From the NCBI RefSeq assembly GCF_026210795.1, contig NC_089433.1:434001-498000 (forward strand): a DNA stretch of 64,000 bases. Reading direction: 5' to 3'. A model generated the notes under the pieces. It worked only from the letters and a program-made list of their open reading frames with translations. It was not told the DNA's origin and did not search any database. The position numbers and the translations under genes are program-made. This stretch comes from Rhizophagus irregularis (Eukaryota). The first letter of the stretch is position 1. Each line of letters begins with the position of its first letter. Shown here one piece after another: positions 40,870 through 53,187 of the stretch.

Positions 40870-41508
40870 GATGTGTTAGTTATATGGAAATTTGATGCAA
40901 ATCTTATTATTACACGAAGGAGATGTTGCAGTATTGTAGAATTTATTATTTATTTATGTAAATAATTTATTGATATAAAAACAAAAATACCATCATAATG
41001 TTCTATTGTTAAAAAAATCTATATTAATCTATATAATTGAAAAATACATCTCAAAAAAAACATCCGTTATAGGGATCTATCATTATTGCTAAAGATAGTT
41101 AATTATTTATTTTTTATCAGTAAAAAAATTTATTTTTCTATATTAAAATTTTTTATAGATATAGATTATACTGATCTATTGTTATTCCTATAAAGTTAAT
41201 TACCTATCATTTATAAGTATTAGTGAAAGGGTGATTACCGAGAATCAAAATTAATTCTCCTGTACGTTAGTAATTAGAATGAATTTGCCGATCAAGTGGT
41301 CTTAACTATTAAGCGTAGATCAGGCGGCAGGCGTGAACACATTAATAGATTATATCAAATGTTACATAACATTAGTAATTAACAATGTATATATTGAACA
41401 GAACGTAATAGTTCAGGTGCAGAGGTACAGATGAATAACACATTGGACAATTCAAAGATTATTTATATAGGCTAATCTAAACAAACACAATTTTTTTAAT
41501 TATATAGA
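40870..41508 (-). mobile_element. Second Helitron-like segment with a TC 5' end
   Basis: Minus-strand TCTATATAATTAAAAAAATTG..TTTAGATTAG at 41508 resembles the family 5' end; 40890-41060 resembles 18680-18840. Confidence 0.5.
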
Positions 41509-41977
41509 TTAAAAAAAAAATGAAAATGTATTTATGGTATATTTTTTTTAATTAATTTTTTAAATCAAAAGAGAGGCTTCTTATTTTATTGGTTTTTTAT
41601 AAAAAAAAATATTTGTATAAGTGTTATTAATTAAAAATGAAATCACTATTTTATAATAAATAATTTTTTATAAGAAAATATTTTGACATAATTGTTTATT
41701 ATTGTTGTTTTTTTGAGAAATATTATATATATATTTTTTCCTCATTTTAGTAAATAAAAAACGAAAGTGAATGGTAATTATTACAAAATTTTTCCTGTCT
41801 AAATTAATTATTAATGTTTATATCATCATAGTAATTACGTACTTATTTATGTCTATCATCATTTTATTACGTATTATATTGATCATTTTTTTTTCATCAA
41901 ATTGATTTTTTCATTGTCACTCTTTTTTTTCATAAATATTAACCCACCATCCATAAAGAAGCTAACTGCGGATTCAA

Positions 41978-42045
41978 TACTTGAAGCTTGAAGCTTGAAG
42001 CTGGAACTTAAGTTTAAACTTAAGCTTAAGCTTCAAGCTTAAGTA
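41978..42045. repeat. Near-perfect palindrome built from AAGCTT/CTTAAG units
   Basis: Centre CTTAAGTTTAAACTTAAG with arms AAGCTTGAAGCT and AGCTTCAAGCTT. Confidence 0.85.
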
Positions 42046-42879
42046 TATGAATAAAAAATCTTGGAAAGGTCTAAACCATATTTGGCCTCAAACTAACCAT
42101 ATTTTGAATTTCATGGTTAGTACGATCATCAAATTAATTAAGAAAATAACCACAATTAAAGTTAGACATATTACACAAGATTTTCGGCATTCTTTTCTTC
42201 AGGCTAATAACCCTAAAAATAAATACCCCTGAATTAGTTATATAAGGAGTAACTTTTGGGAGAAGTTTAAGCGAGTTCTTACATCCTCACATCATATATT
42301 CTTTATTTTTGAGAATTATTTTTATGATGTAATAATTTTAACCCAATAAATATTATATTTTATAACCCAATAATTTGTGTCTTAATATTTTTATGTAATA
42401 ATAAACCAAGCAATGCATTTTTTTTAATAAAGTTTTTATTTTATTTAATTTTAACTAAATATCACTTGTCATGTCATATGGCACTGTGTACATATGATTT
42501 TGTTAATGATCATCATTATTATAAAAGATCTTTTATTTACATGATTTATACTTTATGATACTTTCCTTTATTTTTTACATTTTCCTTCTTCCTTTTTACC
42601 ATCTTTATTTTTATAATATGAATTAACCTGAAATATCTATTTTATTACCTCCTTCTTACTATGAAATATCTAAAAAAAGTCTGCTTGAATCACTTAATAT
42701 ACCTGATACTGCTTTTGATCAAGCAACAAAATTATGTGTTGGAATACAATTTAATCATTAAAACTGTGCATATTAGTTTTATTAGCTTATGGGCAAAATA
42801 AAAAGTATTTAAGTAATAAAAAGTAAATTTTTTCTTGTTAATTACTTTCATATCTTTTTATCTCTTAACTAGTCAAAAG

Positions 42880-44065
42880 ATGTCTCAAGAACTTTCCAAT
42901 AGATATAGTCAACTCATTTCTTACTTAAGGGAAAAGAAAATTAAGCCATATTACAGTTTTCTACTTCATTATTACAGAAAAAAATCATCAAATATTTATT
43001 ACATATTTCAATAATATCTTGGAGAGATCTTAACAATACCTGATCCAGTTCTTCTTATTAGAGGCTAAGAGGTTGTTAAATAAAAACACCTTTGATACAT
43101 TAGAACATAAGGGCCATTTTTTATTATGCAAAGAGAGGGTAACTCTTAATTGAATAAAGTATGTCATTGTCCAGGAGAATTACTGTGCTGGGTTGTTGGT
43201 AATTATCCCAGTTTGAATTGTACTGGCATCTTCACATTACCATTGATAAAGGTTTACTAATCTTAGATGAAAAATTGGTTATTTACCTTCTTTATCGCTA
43301 AATAAGATAGCACATACTGCTAATATTAACTTCCTTTTATTAGGTTAAAATAGAATGACATAATGATGGTTTGAAGAATTACTGGAAGGAAATAATCTGG
43401 GAGTGTGAGAAGGTAAACAATCTGATTTATAATTTTAAAAAATTTTTTCATTTTTCTAGAATTCTTAAAGATTTTTTTGTGTGTATTTTGTTTGTCAATC
43501 AATTTCTATTATATTTACAGAAACAAAAACTTATATCATAAAAATTGAAAGAGATCTTTTTCTTTGTTTATTCTCTTAAGTAAATGAAAAAATTAATATT
43601 ATAATGAAGGTAGAACTTGCCAGATTTTCTAACATAATGATTTAATTTCTGATAATGGATCAGAAATACAGTCTGATCTCAGAAGTGATTTGTATGAGGA
43701 TTGATATTGATTAAAGCCAAAATGGAGGCCTTAGTGAGGATACTTAAAAAAATACTGCAAATAGCATTTCCTTGAATGATGATTCTTCTAAAAAGAAGAA
43801 GAATCATCATAATCTTAATCAAGTTAATTATAATAGTTGAAGAATTAGGCCTGTAAGTTTTATAATTATAAACTAATAACAAACTTATTCACAAAGTGAC
43901 AAAGATTTTTTACTCTTTGGACATTTAAATATATAGGCTTACAATGATCAATACCACATACATCATCACCATCTATACTAACAGATTTCTTATATACAGA
44001 TTTCCTGATAATAAATTTGCTATAATATACAATTGCCCTTTTTCATTGCCCTAATATGTCTTATT
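42880..44065 (+). pseudogene. Decayed paralogue of the 2415-3610 gene
   Basis: Same four-exon layout and flanks; TGG>TGA at ~43041, donor GT>GG at 43112, frameshifts, and most CpGs changed to TpG/CpA. Confidence 0.92.
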
Positions 44066-44318
44066 AAATAATTTTTAAAATTAATTAAAAGTAGATTAGC
44101 AATTTTTTATTTTATATTTAATTACAAGCTTATTAAAAAAATATCTAACTTCTAAATCCATATTGTTTTAATTTGGTCAAATTAATTAATAAATAAAATT
44201 TCATTATTATAATTGCTTAATAAAAATTTTGAAAATAAATTTTATAAAAGAGCTTAGAAAAAGAAATTGTAATATCAGTTATGAATATTCCTCAATTAAA
44301 TACTATTTCTTATATACA

Positions 44319-44978
44319 AGTATTTCAACCCACAGATAATCCATTATCCATCAATCCAATCCATTTAATATCTGTCATCTGTTAAACTGATTCGTCTAAT
44401 CAAATACAATCCGGATAATCCATAGTGACAGATTGAAGATTATCTGGATATCCTAATGGATCTATCTGGATACTCTTCAATAATCTAAATATATGGAGAT
44501 ATTTCCAAAGTTTAAGTGGCCAAAGAACTTAAGGATCTAAAGAAGAAAAACAAAATTAGTGAAAAAATAAAAAAAAGTAACAAAATACGAAATAAAAAAA
44601 GTTAACCTAACTATTGTCTCTGGTCAAAGAACCAAAGGATCAAGGATAATCCATTAGTGATACAGATAATCTGAATGATCTATTACGGATATCCTCAATC
44701 CTCTCATCCATATCTATTTATCATCCACAACCATTTAAAAATCCTATCCGGACAGGTTTGACATTTTTTAATAAAAAAACATTTTTTTTTTGTTTCTTTA
44801 ATTGAACCCGACGTTTTTAATAAAAAAAGACGTTTTTGTAATTATTTTTAATGAAAAAACGTCAGATTCAGGTCAGTTTGGCATTTTTTTATATATATAA
44901 AATGCTGAAATGTCTTAACCGTAAATGGTGAATATCTGTCCACAGATATAGATTATGGGTAAACGGGTTGAAACATTA
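44319..44978. mobile_element. hAT-like MITE (degenerate)
   Basis: TIRs AGTATTTCAACCC and GGGTTGAAACATTA, internal ATCC(G/A)GAT-type motifs. The paralogous flank at ~3885-3905 (ATATACAAATTTAAGCA) is the empty site. TSD not intact. Confidence 0.7.
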
Positions 44979-45476
44979 AGTTTAAGCATTGTTTTCTTAT
45001 AATTTTTATAGTATTTTTTTAGAAATATTCAAAATAAAAGTAATAAAAAATTTGATATATAGTCAAAAGTGCTTTTTAGCAACCTACAGTTATTTTTTGT
45101 GTACAGGAAATACAAAAAACAATGCACTATTGTACAGTTCTACTGATTTTATTTTGGTTAAATGTTTGCCATGCTAAGCATTAAATATATTCCATTAATT
45201 TATGTCCACAGTTTGTTAATAAATAGAAACTTTGCCAAAAAATAGTTGGTACATAATTAGTTATTATGGAATAGAGGTCCTGAAGTGTAATTCCATCTGA
45301 GATTGTTATTTATTATGCTAATTGATAATGATCAAAAGTTGATAAAAATCCTGAAAATTTTCAGGTTTCAGTTCTGATGATGATATATAAACTCCTGCTG
45401 ATATCAAGAGATCACATGGATAAATTGGGATAAGATAAGAATACAAAAAAGTAAAACCATAATATCATAGTAATAG

Positions 45477-46192
45477 TAGTGCTTCGATCCGTTTCTAGTC
45501 CATCCGGATGAATCCGGATGAATCTGGATTTTTTTTCATCCGGATATCCAGTTTTGATCCAGATTTTGATCTGGATGAAAAATATCCGGATTCATCCGGA
45601 ATCCGGATAGAAAAAAAAAAATTTTTCTAATATTTTTTATAGATTTTGTAATAAATAAATAGTCTATTAGTTTCACAACTGATAAATAATTTTGTAATAT
45701 ATAAATTTTGTCATGAACAACGATAAATTGATGATTAGTAAAAAATTATTTATTTATTATTAATTTATTTAATATAATTAAAGTGAAAATTATTTTTATA
45801 TTTTTATTAATCTTATTAAGTAAAATCATAATTTAAGAAGCGATATTGTTTTTTAAGCCTGATTATATCAAAATTTGAATAAAATTTGTAACTCAGGCCA
45901 AATTAATAGTGCCGGCCCGAATTACGATAAAATAAGCTAATTCAAATTCAATAATCAAATCGGAAAAAAGGCTACAAAATTTAAAAAAACCTACCAAATT
46001 GTATTAATAAGTACCATTATCTCTAATATGGATCGTCATATGCAATCTAAAAAATTTTATATATGAAATCTGATCCAGATTCTGGATTTCACCCAGATTT
46101 CTGACTCGAATTTCAATCTGGATCAAACCGGATATAATCCGGATTTTTTTTGTGTAATCCGGATGATGGATTTCATCCGGATCAAAGCACTA
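45477..46192. mobile_element. hAT-like MITE, same TIR family as 8848-9062
   Basis: TIRs TAGTGCTTCGATCCG and CGGATCAAAGCACTA; 8-bp TSD AGTAATAG (45469-45476, 46193-46200); many subterminal ATCCGGAT palindromes. Confidence 0.92.
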
Positions 46193-46198
46193 AGTAAT

Positions 46199-46410
46199 AG
46201 GACTCTGAAATATATATGTAGAGGTTAGGTCCAGAAGTGGTCTAAAATACACATTCTTTTAGGGCCAGAATTACGATAATTTTAGCCATTATCTAAATTA
46301 GGAAATATTATTTTGGCTGGGATTATCCATAAAAGGAATGATCTACATGATCTTTTAACTCATTATACTCAAACTCTAAACTGACTCTTTTATGTATATT
46401 TTGGGATCCT
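46199..46410. mobile_element. Degenerate AGGAC-family TIR element
   Basis: AGGACTCTGAAATATATATGTAGAG versus the reverse complement of the right end, AGGATCCCAAAATATACATAAAAGAG. TSD ATAGTAAT at 45467-45474 (displaced by the MITE) and 46411-46418. Confidence 0.65.
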
Positions 46411-47741
46411 ATAGTAATACATAAGTGATGGTTTATTTTCAATTCTCCATATTACTTGTAAAGTCAAAATTATTATAGTATGCAAGTGATGTCATATATT
46501 GGTAGCAAAAAATTTAATCAAGATAAATACAGATGGTTATATACTATTATTTGTTGTAATATAAGTTTATTTCTCTTTACTTGCACCTTTGGTAGTTTTA
46601 CTAGTTTATAAAAAGGATTAAAGAGAATTGCAAACAATCAAAATAAATATCATTTCTAAGATTATCTGGAATATTTACAACCTCTGCTGTATAAAAATGT
46701 TGTTAAGTTCATAATTCCTCTTATCACCTGAGGTGGCTACTAATTGGTATTTGGGATTTTTTTCGCCAGTTATAAACTGGTGGACCAATTAGTATATCTA
46801 GGATGATATACTACTAGATTATTGCCTTGTATTGTAATAGTAAAGGTTGCAACCTATTACATAATGATTTTCAGAAAATTTCCTTTTTTGGTATTAATAA
46901 AAAAAAGAAATACTATAGTACATATTTGTATAATTAGTAATAATTATAATTAGAATACTGATAGTAATTATGATACTATATAATAATTACAATACTGTGT
47001 TGTAATTACAGCAAAGGATTACAACTCTACAACTCATTATTACATACTTTGTTAAACATCATATTATTTTATACTTTGTCAACATGTTTTATCTTTTTAA
47101 TACATTATTCCAAATGGGTCAGTACTATAGTACATATTTGTATAATTAGTAATAATTATAACACTAGTATATAATAATTACAATACTGATAGTAATTATG
47201 ATACTATTTATACTTTATCAACATGTTTTATCTTTTTAATACATTATTCCAAATGGGTCAAATTGACAATTAAACTATTTACTATATTTGGCAAAATGAC
47301 TCAGGTTTTGTCAGTATTATCAATATAATAAAAATTATTGTTAAATTTTTCACTTAATGTGTCACTATTTGCAAGAAAATTTTTTTTTATTTAAGACCCT
47401 TCCTATACAATAATTTTTACAGTTACCAATAAATTTTTCAATAATTCAATTTTTCAATAATATATCCAATTTATTTAAAAATCCAATTTATTTTTTCAAT
47501 AATATATCCAATTTATTTAAATATCAAATTTATATTCAGAAAAATATTAATCCTCTAATACCATTAATATAAATTATTGTTCATAAATAGTTAATTTACA
47601 ATGTAAACTTAGAAAAATCAAGATTTTCCTTATTAAAATAGATAATTGTTAAAATAGTTTAGAAATGGTTAATGTTTGAGAAATTACTTGTCACGAGAAG
47701 GTATATATCCAATTTATATTCAGAAAAATATTAATATAAGT

Positions 47742-49718
47742 ATATCTGAAGGCTATTCTGGTCAAGATGGTAAGTCTATTAAAATCTAATAATAATAATC
47801 TGATAAATTTTAATAGCTAACTAATTCCTCATCTTTCTAGCTCTTATCTCTTATATAACAAAAAATAAAATAATATCATATTGTAGATTCTTAAAAAGTT
47901 ACTGTAATATCATTGTTGCTTCAATTACTAATTCTTCATCAACTTTCTCAGATAATTGGAATAATCTTGATAATCTTTGGGCTGGCTGTTTTTTGTGTGA
48001 AGGAAAAGATTTTCCTGACTTAAAGGATAAGGTGCGTTTTTTATTTTGCAATGGAAGAATAACCCCTAAATCGATCATATGCTTGACTTAGGGGAATTAC
48101 TGGATTTGACAACCTTGGTAACCACTCCAAGCTCTCAGTTCAGGTGTCCTGACTTTGTAGTTAATAAAAGTCTGCTAATTCTGGAGGAGGAATTGGCTAT
48201 GTACTTTCTTTTATTACTAAATAAAATCATAATGCACTACTAATGTTTTCTTTCTTATAACAGATAGCAACAGAACGTTTATGTTATGCAAAAATATTGC
48301 AAATATTCTGGAAAGGAATTATTAAGGAGTATAAAAAGAAAAAAAAATCTAGTATCTGCTCTTGCATCTCATTCAGAAAATGTAATTGAAATTCCTACAA
48401 ATGATCATTCTATTTCAGTTAAAGATGATTATTGCAAAATTACTAAGAAAAATGCATCTCATTCAGAAAATGTAATTGAAACTCCTACAAATGATCATTC
48501 CATTTCAGTTAAAGATGATTATTACAAGATTACTAAGAAAAACAATATTATTGACTTTTGTTGTGATATTCTTCAAGAACTTGATGGCAAGTATAATATT
48601 CATCCATTTTATAAATATGATGAAAAAGAAACAGCTATAAAAAATCCAATAGATTTATTTACTATAAATTCAAAATTAGAAAATAATCAATATACAAGTA
48701 TAAAAGAATTTGAAAAAGATATTCGTCTTATATTTTGCAATTGTTATGCATATAATAATATAGAAAGTGATATATATTATTTGGGAAAAGAATTAGAATC
48801 AGTTTTTAACAAAATATGGACTAAAAAAATAATTTCTTATGCTGAACAAAAGGAAAAATTAAAAAGAGTATGAGATATTAGTGATGCTAATTTATCTTCT
48901 GGTAAGTTATAATATTTTAATTACTTATTCTGCATTTGTATTATTAACTCTTTATATATAATTATTTATTAGAACCTGTAACAAAACAAATTCGAATTTT
49001 AGAACAAAACAAAGATAAATTAGTATATAACCAAGTTGTAAATAATGCTTTTCTTATTGCTTCAGCATATGAAAATCTTGTTGCAGGTAATTTGTTACCT
49101 TTTATTGAAATTTTAAAAACATTCCTATCAGCAAGATCAAAAATGTCATTATCTTCTGCAAATGCAGGCAATTGTTGAAAGCCTTTTACCATTAGAATAT
49201 AGTATTCCTGAACTTTCACTTGTAATGGATGGTACAAAATTAAAAGGATTTGGTCATTTTGGATATTCTGATATTTTTGTTCTAAAAGGAATATGAGATA
49301 ATTATGTTAGCTTAGAATTAAAATACATTTCATTAGTTAATTTAATAAAAAATCAAAAAGATAAGTTTAATACAAATGTTCTAGAAAAATTGGATAAAAT
49401 TATTGAAAAAGAAGATGAAAAAGTTTTACTAGGAAGATCATATGCATATTGGTCAAAAGAATATAAGGAAACTAAACAAACAACTATAGGAGAAATATTA
49501 GACAGTGGAGTTAATCAATTAAAATCATATATGAATATTATTTCAAAGGTAAAACAAGTGATTATTTTAGTTCAGGAATATTTGACAAATGGATTAAAAT
49601 AATAAAATCCAATCCCAATAAATTAAGTGGATTTGTTATTTTGGTAATTGGTTTTCATCGTATTTTATGAAAATCTGTGGAAGAAAAAGTATACAATTAT
49701 TCATATAATAAGGTTTAA
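47742..49718 (+). pseudogene. Header domain + bromodomain + PD-(D/E)XK nuclease-like domain fusion, pseudogene
   Basis: Start ATG>ATA at 47742; header exon 47841-48031; bromodomain HPFY..IKNPIDLFTINSKLENNQY..FEKDIRLIFCNCYAYN; C-terminal PELSL..GYSDIF..SLELKY..QLKSY. Stops at 48871, ~49293 and ~49667 plus frameshifts; 90-bp internal duplication at 48364-48543. Confidence 0.8.
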
Positions 49719-50804
49719 GATTTTTTATAGTTATATTTAAATATGCACTTAAATCATATTATTTATAGTATATTTTCTCAGAATTGCAATAATAATGTCA
49801 TTTTCACTATATTATAATAATTAGTTTTTTTTAGTAAAATATTGTTTAACTAGTGGTTTATTATGATAAAATATTATAGATGCTTCAAAAATTAATTAGT
49901 ATGGTAAATTTATTAGTAAAAATTTAAAATATTATCAAATAATTTGTTTTACTATTATGCACAGATATTTAGTATTTCATCAAAGAAATGACACTATAGT
50001 CTATATACTATACTTGTTAAGTTTTATAAATGTTAATTTATTGGATTTACACTTAATATATAAGCAGCTTGATTCATATTAAAGTTATTATAATGAGTAA
50101 TAATGTTTTTTATTAAATAAATAATACAATACTTTTAGTATTATATTTTTTTTCAAAACTGATAAAACTGTCATTGATATAATTTTAATCAAAAATTATA
50201 TCATTCCATATTTGGAGAAAATAACTATATAATTAATCAAAATAAGCATATATATGTTGTGATTTCCAATTGACTATTGATGCTAAAAACATTACCTTAA
50301 TAAGATGATTTGAGTTAATGTAACATTGTTGTAGTATGGTGTTTTAATTTTTTATTGTCTTATTTGTCCTAGCAAAAGATATCATAATTGATCATAATTA
50401 AATAAGCAAATACCTTTCAACAATTCTATATTTTTTTGTTTGTACACTGCAAAATCTTAAACATTTCAAATCAATAATCTTTTCAGTGATCAATTTGTTG
50501 GTTATCATGTATATCAAAGATCATTTTCATGGTCAGAAGTAGAAGTAATATGGGAATTTTCTGTTAAATATGCAAGAATCCATTTTTTTTGAATGATATG
50601 AACTTGCCATATAGACATTTTGATTTGACATTTATATTAAAGAATGTAACATAATCACATCAACAAGTTAGAACGCAATGGACTTCTATTTTAACACATT
50701 TCCAAACACTTCCATGCATTAATATTACACAAAGATCTAATCATATCACAATTTATATTCATCTAATTTCATAATAAAATAAAAAGGTTTACTATTTTTC
50801 TTGA

Positions 50805-51080
50805 TAACTTGGTTTTGTGCAAAGAATGTAAAATAAATGCCGGAAATGATACGAAAATATATTGTGTTCCATGTATCTCAAATTTTTAGTGACAAGAATT
50901 TGGAAATTGTGCTAGTAGTAATGATGTTATTAATAAATTCATTCAAAATCAAACTCCAGATTGTAAATACCTTACAATAAATTTGATAATATTTTATATA
51001 TTACAAAGGTGGTTTGGTAAAGTGTATAAAGCAATATGGACTGATGGGTTTATTACAGGAAATGGAATAATAAAAACAAA
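50805..51080 (+). pseudogene. N-terminal kinase fragment
   Basis: CKECK..YCVPC..SSNDVINKFIQ, IPYNKFDNI, G-loop-like GG/FGKVYKAIWTDG, with frameshifts. Confidence 0.75.
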
Positions 51081-51454
51081 GTTGCATTTTCAATGTGAAC
51101 CTCATACTTTGGCATAGCTGATTAAACTGATTAAACTGATTAAAAAGTTATTTTAAATTATGTAAACCATATATAAACTTTCAGAAAATTACTTTTGTTT
51201 TATTATTCATATTCTTCTCATAAATAACATGAGTTATATAAAATTTGCAAAATATAAAGAATTATTTCCAAATGCAATATCAGAAGAAGTCAATACTGCT
51301 TTTAGAATTAGCAGTAAGTTGAGCTATGATAACAATATTTTTTGAGAAAATCTTGACATATTACTATATTAAAAAGTTTAATTGTATCTAATCCAATTTA
51401 GATGAACATCAAGGTAAGTTATTGCATTATAATAATTGGCAATATGAACATGAC

Positions 51455-51864
51455 TAGAGATGGCAACAGTCATAATTATTAACCAGTCATGACTGGTTAT
51501 AACCATAACCGATATCAGTCAGTCAAAGGCTTTTGACCAACCATTTAACTGACTGGTTTGACCGACCATTTTGACTGACCATTTAACCGACCGTTTAACT
51601 GATTATTTAGCCATATTTATTCACTTAACACTTTTTTTATGAATTTAATCAATAAAAAAAGTTAAATAACATTTTTTTTAATTAAATTACACTTTTTAAT
51701 GTTTTTTCTTGATTAAAATTCGTTAAAAAGAAAAAAGTGATTAGTTAAATGGTTGGTTAAACAGTTGGTTAAACAGTCAGAAAAACAGTCAGTCAGTCAG
51801 TCAAAGACCCTTAACCGGTTATGACCGACCAATAACCAACTGTAACCGACCGTTACCATCCCTA
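51455..51864. mobile_element. Ac/hAT-like MITE
   Basis: TIRs TAGAGATGGCAACAGTC and GACCGTTACCATCCCTA; 8-bp TSD AACATGAC/AACGTGAC (one CpG transition); dense ACCGAC/GACTG subterminal repeats. Confidence 0.9.
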
Positions 51865-53187
51865 AACGTGACTAGAGAATCATATAATCAAGATTTTCAT
51901 ATAAATTATTATTTATAAAAATTTATAAACGTAAACAAGTTTCATGATATTATTATACATGCAAATTATCTTGATTAAACAATGCATTAAATTTATCAGA
52001 CAAGTTCGCTTGAAAGTAAGTAGACCAAATTGTATGCAGAATATTAATATTGCAAGAGATGCTAGCTTTTATTGCAGTTTAAACTTTCAATAAATTCCAA
52101 ACCAATCAGACGAACATTGGTAATCACTCATAATATCAATACTGGAACTGCCACTCTAGTTAAACAAAGGTTTTAATGAACTTCATATCAAAACCAACTG
52201 TTTATAAAAGACAAAATACAATGGCTTTTAGGTCACTAATAGGTAACCAATTTTTCATATTTTGACCTGTGGTGCTGAGTCCACAATTCTAAAGCTTATT
52301 TCCAATTTTACAATCTTGCCTTCTTGGTAATCTTTGCAGTAAAACAACAAAGTTTTAAACAACTTATTTGTTTTGTTTCACTGTACACTAACTCTAAGCA
52401 TTATTTCTTTTCATCAGTCCTTATTGAAAATAAGATTACGTAAAAATACAACAAAATGGTGCTGAAAAATCAGAAGATGTAAGAAAACAAGGAGATATAG
52501 AAATACAACAAAATGGTGCAAAAAAGCAAGGATGGAAAAAACAACTTAAAAGTAAATTCAATAAAATTAGAAAAAAATTACCTTCTGTTAAAATTAAAAG
52601 AGCTTTTGATGATTTTCTTTTTTTATTATCTCTTTTTGTTCTACCAAGTATAGTGTTTCATAAAAACCACGAAAAGTATTAATATAAAATGGTCAAAAAT
52701 TAGAAAAAATTTTTTTGAAAAATTTCTTATTCCTGCACTTCTTTTTTCTTTTTAAATTCTATTATTTAGAATATTTCAACTATACAAAATCAAAATTTTG
52801 AAGATTCAATAATTAATTCAATTTTATTCACCAACCTTATAAAAATGAAATGTGCTAAATTTGTTTTAAATTCGTGCTCATGTATAATAAATGTCTAAAA
52901 AAGCACCATTTTGTTTAATTAATTTTTGTTTTTTTGTAATAAGACATAAATTGGATAAAATGGTGCTTTTTTATACATTTATTATACATGAACACAAATA
53001 TAAAACAAATTTAACACATTTCATTTTATAGGGCAATATTTTATTTATTCCTCAACTTGATATTACTCTCAACATTTCATCATATATAAATGATGCACAA
53101 GACATTCCAGTCACTTTTGACAATCATATCTCTCAAGTTTTGATAATGATCCCTATTATCCTACCACCACCCAATCCAAATGATCGA

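Noticed and set aside
46900..47740. Short local direct duplications
   Set aside because: AT-rich slippage-type duplications with no further structure.
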